DNA from: an uncultured Planctomycetaceae bacterium
GTDB taxonomy: Bacteria; Planctomycetota; Planctomycetia; Planctomycetales; Planctomycetaceae
Length of the DNA stretch: 64,000 nt
Assembly (NCBI GenBank): GCA_963976765.1
Contig: CAXBME010000021.1
Span: forward strand, 1-64,000
Reading direction: 5' to 3'
The notes under the pieces are model-generated. The model was given only the letters and a program-made list of their open reading frames with translations. It was not told the origin of the DNA and did no database searches. Positions 60,050 through 64,000 of this stretch are shown one piece after another (the first letter of the stretch is position 1; each line of letters opens with the position of its first letter). A program made the position numbers and the translations under genes.

Positions 60050-60766
60050 TTAACCGGGATCAGGCGGTGCCAGGTAAGAATCAATTGTGAAGACATCGAC
60101 TCGCCGGTTGTGACGGCGGTCTTCGAGATTTCTTGTGAGTATGCGCGGCTCTGCATCGCCAGCCGCACTCACGAGAATCCGGTTCGGGTCGACATCATTC
60201 TCAATCAGATACTTGGCCACAGAACGCGCTCTGGCAAATGAAAGATCGTGTTGATCGCGAAACTGAGGCTTTCGCCTCACGGGTTCAGCAAAAGAATGCC
60301 CTCGAACAATGACTCGATTAGGGACTCGTTTGATTGCATCGAGAACTCTTTGCAGATCTTTGATCGAATCACCACTTAGTTCTGTGGCGAACTGGTCGAA
60401 TTCCAGCGAACCTCCGACAGTCACTATTTCGCCGTGATTCACGGCCTCGACGGCAGTCTCGGGCCCACCACCACCCGCAGAATCAATGCTGCCTTTTTCA
60501 AGAGCAGTTTTTTTCTTATCGCTTTTGGAACTCATGAATTCATAGGCGGCTCGATTGTTAAACGTCCGACCAGGAACACCGGACGTGCCGTCCATTGGCC
60601 CGAAGAGCTCTTTGTACGAGTTCAGCGCTGCGCGGTTCTTACCCTCATCCTTCAACTCGCTCATCGACACGAGCATGATGAAGAAGGTGAGCAGCAGCGA
60701 CATCATGTCGCCATAGGTAACGACCCATTCCGGGACGCCAGGTGGGGCATCTTCTTCGACATCCAT
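60050..60766 (-). CDS. motB: Flagellar stator B subunit (MotB/PomB-like)
   Basis: PEWVVTYGDMMSLLLTFFIML; OmpA-like VRGH, LSFARA, NRRVDV. Confidence 0.95.
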   Translation of the reverse strand: MDVEEDAPPGVPEWVVTYGDMMSLLLTFFIMLVSMSELKDEGKNRAALNSYKELFGPMDGTSGVPGRTFNNRAAYEFMSSKSDKKKTALEKGSIDSAGGGGPETAVEAVNHGEIVTVGGSLEFDQFATELSGDSIKDLQRVLDAIKRVPNRVIVRGHSFAEPVRRKPQFRDQHDLSFARARSVAKYLIENDVDPNRILVSAAGDAEPRILTRNLEDRRHNRRVDVFTIDSYLAPPDPG

Positions 60767-60836
60767 CGTTCAGTACCGCTTGCAGGTTTCGGGATCACCG
60801 TGAAATCCTTCTCATCGATTCTCCCCTGAATTGAAA

Positions 60837-61610
60837 TCAGGCGGCATCCTTGAGCGTACGTTCCTTCTTCGAGAGGAACGTCGACAACTTCTGGTCAACG
60901 ACTCTGGGATTGTCGCCATTCTGGATCGCGAGAATTCCCTGAACGATGACTTCCTTAATCTGCATTTCCCTACCAGCGTAGAAAATCAGTTTGTCGGCAA
61001 ACGGCAGTGCGACGACGTTTGACACCAACGCTCCGTAAAGCGTTGTTAACAACGCGACCGCCATACCGGGACCGATGGCCGCCGGGTCGTCCATGTTTCC
61101 GAGCATGATGATCAGACCGAGCAGTGTGCCGATCATGCCAAAAGCCGGTGCGTATCGGCCCAGAGTTTCCAGCAATCCTTTGCCCATCTTGTGCCGAGCA
61201 GCGGTTGCCATCATTTCAGAACGCATGATGCTTTCGATCAGCTCAGGCGGACTGCCGTCGACCGCCATCTGAATCCCCAGCAGAATGAACGGGTCTTCGA
61301 TGTCGGCAGCTTTGTTCTCAAGCGCCATGACACCTTCTTTACGAGCGATTTCCGCACACTCAACCAGTGTCTTAATCGCAGGAGCCATCTCTGGCGGGTT
61401 CGGCAGGATTGCCTTTTTAATGACAATCGGCATCGTCAGAAACGGGCCCATCGGGTAGGCGATCATTGTCGCCGCAATCCCGCCGCCGACCACTACGGCC
61501 AGTGACGGGTAATCGATAAACGCACCGAACGACGACCCCGGCGCGATCGCGATCGCCCCCAGCAGCAGAACGATCGTAAGAACGACCCCGATTACCGATG
61601 CTTTATCCAT
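60837..61610 (-). CDS. motA: Flagellar stator A subunit (MotA/PomA-like)
   Basis: ARKEG.MALE, APAFGMIGTLLGL, AVALLTTLYG, IQNGDNPR. Confidence 0.96.
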   Translation of the reverse strand: MDKASVIGVVLTIVLLLGAIAIAPGSSFGAFIDYPSLAVVVGGGIAATMIAYPMGPFLTMPIVIKKAILPNPPEMAPAIKTLVECAEIARKEGVMALENKAADIEDPFILLGIQMAVDGSPPELIESIMRSEMMATAARHKMGKGLLETLGRYAPAFGMIGTLLGLIIMLGNMDDPAAIGPGMAVALLTTLYGALVSNVVALPFADKLIFYAGREMQIKEVIVQGILAIQNGDNPRVVDQKLSTFLSKKERTLKDAA

Positions 61611-61680
61611 GATTCAACGATCCGCAGATGACTCGCCACAACCAGCAAGTAAAGTTGACAGCTCCTGTTTCGTTGCCCCA

Positions 61681-61875
61681 TCACGCCGCTGGAGCAATTC
61701 GGACGGCTCGCGAGTACGCGATCGATCGGCTGACCACTTCTTCCAGTGACTCCTTCACGATAAAGCGGTCGTCGGTCGTCAGTGTGACATAGGTGTCCGG
61801 CCGCCGTTCGACGTACCGGATCAGCTCTGCGTTCACGACGAATTCTTCGCCGTTCAGTTTTGTGAGTTTGATCAT
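61681..61875 (-). CDS. flbD: Flagellar FlbD-family protein
   Basis: MIKLTKLNGEEFVVNAELI..VE..PDT.VTL; lies between flgE and motA. Confidence 0.92.
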   Translation of the reverse strand: MIKLTKLNGEEFVVNAELIRYVERRPDTYVTLTTDDRFIVKESLEEVVSRSIAYSRAVRIAPAA

Positions 61876-61927
61876 CGAACAGCCTCAGAACTAATTCTGT
61901 GCAAACGCAGGCTTGACGGCTGTGCCT

Positions 61928-63640
61928 TTAACGACCAAGAACAAGCAGTTCGTCAACGAGCTGCTGCACAGAACTGATGACTCGCGCATTTCCACGGTAG
62001 TTCGTTGAGGAAACGATCAGGTCGACGAGGCTTCGACCGACATCCGTATTTGACAGTTCGATCGCTCCGGATCGAATGCTGCCCGAACCGGTCTGCCCCG
62101 GGATCGTGATTTGAGCCGGTCCGGAACTGACCCCTTCGAACAACGTCCCGCCGCCGTTCTCGACAAGACCGAGTGGGTTGGCAAACCGGGCGAGAACGAT
62201 CTGCCCCAAGGGCCTGATCACACCGTTCGTAAAGACACCACTGACGATTCCCGAATCGTTGATGTTAAAACTTGTCAATGAGCCAGCCGGGGCACCATCC
62301 TGCGAAAGCATCGACAAAGATCCCGAACTTCCAATTTCTGTGAGTCCCGTTATTCGTGTCAGGTCCACATCAATGCTCAATGTCTTAGCGGCAGTCAGAT
62401 CCCGATCGATGGACAACGTCACCGTTGAATTGCCAGTAATTTCACCAGCCTCGTTGAGCGTGAACGTGCCACTTGACAGGCTGGAGTTCAAATCACTGTC
62501 CTGGCTGCTTTCAAAGTAGTAGCGGTAGGTTGTTGCCGTCGGAGACTTTGATTCAAGAATGGAATGCATCCGGACAAGCACCTGCTCACCCAGTGAATCA
62601 AACACGGGAAATGTCACGACAGCGCTTTCACCAATTCCATCACGTACCGAGGTGAAGTCGAGATCTACAGCCTTGACACTGGAAAGCCCTGCACCGTTTT
62701 GCGACTGCCTGAATCGCGACGGAGTGATTTCAACAGCCTGAGAGGTGCCGGCATTACCCACGATTTCCAAGCGACCGTCAGCTGTGACGTTCACGCCCGC
62801 TGGCCCGAACGAGTCGCCAGCAACACTTGCCGAAGGATCCAGGCTGAATGCGTCATTCAGAAACTGGGCAAAATCGGCAATGGTACTCGTCGAGGTGACT
62901 GCGAAATCGACCGGCTCGTAGTCTGCTCCACCTTTTCGAGGCGTGAAAGTGATTGTCTCACCGTCAATAAACTCGGGCGTGCCGCCGATCGATGTGCGAA
63001 CGTCTGTTAGCAATGTCGTTGTCGTAATGGGACTTCCAGCACCGTCGAACAGTGGCGCGGATTGGATTACTTCTGATTCGGTCGCGGCCACCGTTGCTTC
63101 GTCGGTCCGAATTGAACCTTCAATTACAACATTTCGAGTTTCCTGGGCGACGTTCAATTTGCCCAGCGGGATCTCGATATTGACAAGCTGCGTCGTCAGG
63201 ACATTGAACTGGTCATCGACGCCGTACCCTTTGACTCGTAGCCCATCTGCATTGATCAGTTCACTCTTATTGTTGAGTGTAAAGTTCCCGTTTCTGGAAT
63301 AAATCTGCCCATCAGAGCCGCTCAGAACAAAGAACCCTTCACCTTCGATGGCCAAATCCGATGAACTCGTGCTTGTGGTGATGGCTCCCTGAGAGAAGTC
63401 ACGGCGAATGGCGGCAGTGGTCGATCCAAGTCCTACCTGTCGAGGATTTGTCCCGCCATTCTGTCCTTGCGGTGCCGATCCGACCGTCAGCGTCCTGGAG
63501 AGCTGGGTTGTGAACTGAACAGCAGATGCTTTGAAGCCGTTCGTGGCTGCGTTGGCGATGTTGTTGCCGATGACTTCGATCGCCGTTTCGTTCAGCGTCA
63601 AACCATTCAGCGACGTATTGAGAGCCGTTGTCAGACCCAT
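61928..63640 (-). CDS. flgE: Flagellar hook protein FlgE
   Basis: IGNNIANA.T.GFK, NPRQVGLG, DLAIEGEGFF, YSRNGNF, VFDSLG, IELSNTD. Confidence 0.95.
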   Translation of the reverse strand: MGLTTALNTSLNGLTLNETAIEVIGNNIANAATNGFKASAVQFTTQLSRTLTVGSAPQGQNGGTNPRQVGLGSTTAAIRRDFSQGAITTSTSSSDLAIEGEGFFVLSGSDGQIYSRNGNFTLNNKSELINADGLRVKGYGVDDQFNVLTTQLVNIEIPLGKLNVAQETRNVVIEGSIRTDEATVAATESEVIQSAPLFDGAGSPITTTTLLTDVRTSIGGTPEFIDGETITFTPRKGGADYEPVDFAVTSTSTIADFAQFLNDAFSLDPSASVAGDSFGPAGVNVTADGRLEIVGNAGTSQAVEITPSRFRQSQNGAGLSSVKAVDLDFTSVRDGIGESAVVTFPVFDSLGEQVLVRMHSILESKSPTATTYRYYFESSQDSDLNSSLSSGTFTLNEAGEITGNSTVTLSIDRDLTAAKTLSIDVDLTRITGLTEIGSSGSLSMLSQDGAPAGSLTSFNINDSGIVSGVFTNGVIRPLGQIVLARFANPLGLVENGGGTLFEGVSSGPAQITIPGQTGSGSIRSGAIELSNTDVGRSLVDLIVSSTNYRGNARVISSVQQLVDELLVLGR

Positions 63641-63773
63641 GAGATCCCCCTCCGTTGGTCAGAACGCGGCATCCAATTGCCGCAGATAGCGCGTGACGCA
63701 GATCTCTGATTGCAGAGTTCCGTCGCTTCAGGCACGGCAGATAAACCGCACACAGATCTCAGCGCTGTGGTTT

Positions 63774-63800
63774 GTATCGACCATGACGATGCGCTGCTGA
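63774..63800 (-). promoter_or_regulatory. Possible sigma-28 (FliA)-type promoter upstream of flgE
   Basis: The minus strand reads TCAG-N15-GTCGATAC, against the consensus TAAA-N15-GCCGATAA. Confidence 0.35.
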
Positions 63801-64000
63801 AACACATGTCTGTATGGGAGGGATAGACCCGACGAAGCCGAGGCTGACACCTTTGGTGGATTCAGATTCGCCATTCACGCACGAAAGCACCCCAGAATGG
63901 TCAACTCTCTTGCAATCAGTCCACAAAAGCGGCGGCCACAATGTCACTCGCTCTGGTTACGTGCTTTTAAGTGTCTCACTTCTCGCTGCGAGCGGTATCT

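Overview
Chromosomal window from what is most likely a planctomycete, inferred from the LEDRTLL export motif, two DUF1559 pilin-like genes, DUF1549/DUF1553/DUF1501 genes and an ECF sigma factor paired with a Ser/Thr kinase. In order, it holds: (1) the 5' part of a GEVED/FG-GAP surface protein with near-identical 210-bp repeats, divergent from an ECF sigma factor and an anti-sigma-like/kinase/3xFGE receptor; (2) a 770-bp intergenic region rich in nested inverted repeats; (3) a WD40 gene and an MFS/desuccinylase/globin/Tm-1-like/TIM-barrel cluster; (4) an IS982 remnant; (5) a DUF1559-lipoprotein-TPR-3xCRTAC1 operon followed by a DUF1549/PPC/DUF1501 module; (6) a decayed sialidase and several single genes, including a STAS-cupin-STAS fusion, lutBC, a histidine kinase and a TauD-family enzyme; (7) a tandem SPFH pair with triplicated N-terminal modules; (8) sthA; and (9) a flagellar operon from flgE to flhB whose FliR carries an inserted canonical EF-hand loop. 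I saw no CRISPR array, rRNA, tRNA, reverse transcriptase or intact transposase. The best leads are the EF-hand FliR, the SPFH pair, the pilin/CRTAC1 operon, the STAS-cupin-STAS protein and the candidate structured RNAs. Family calls come from motif recognition by eye; no database searches were run, so novelty is untested.
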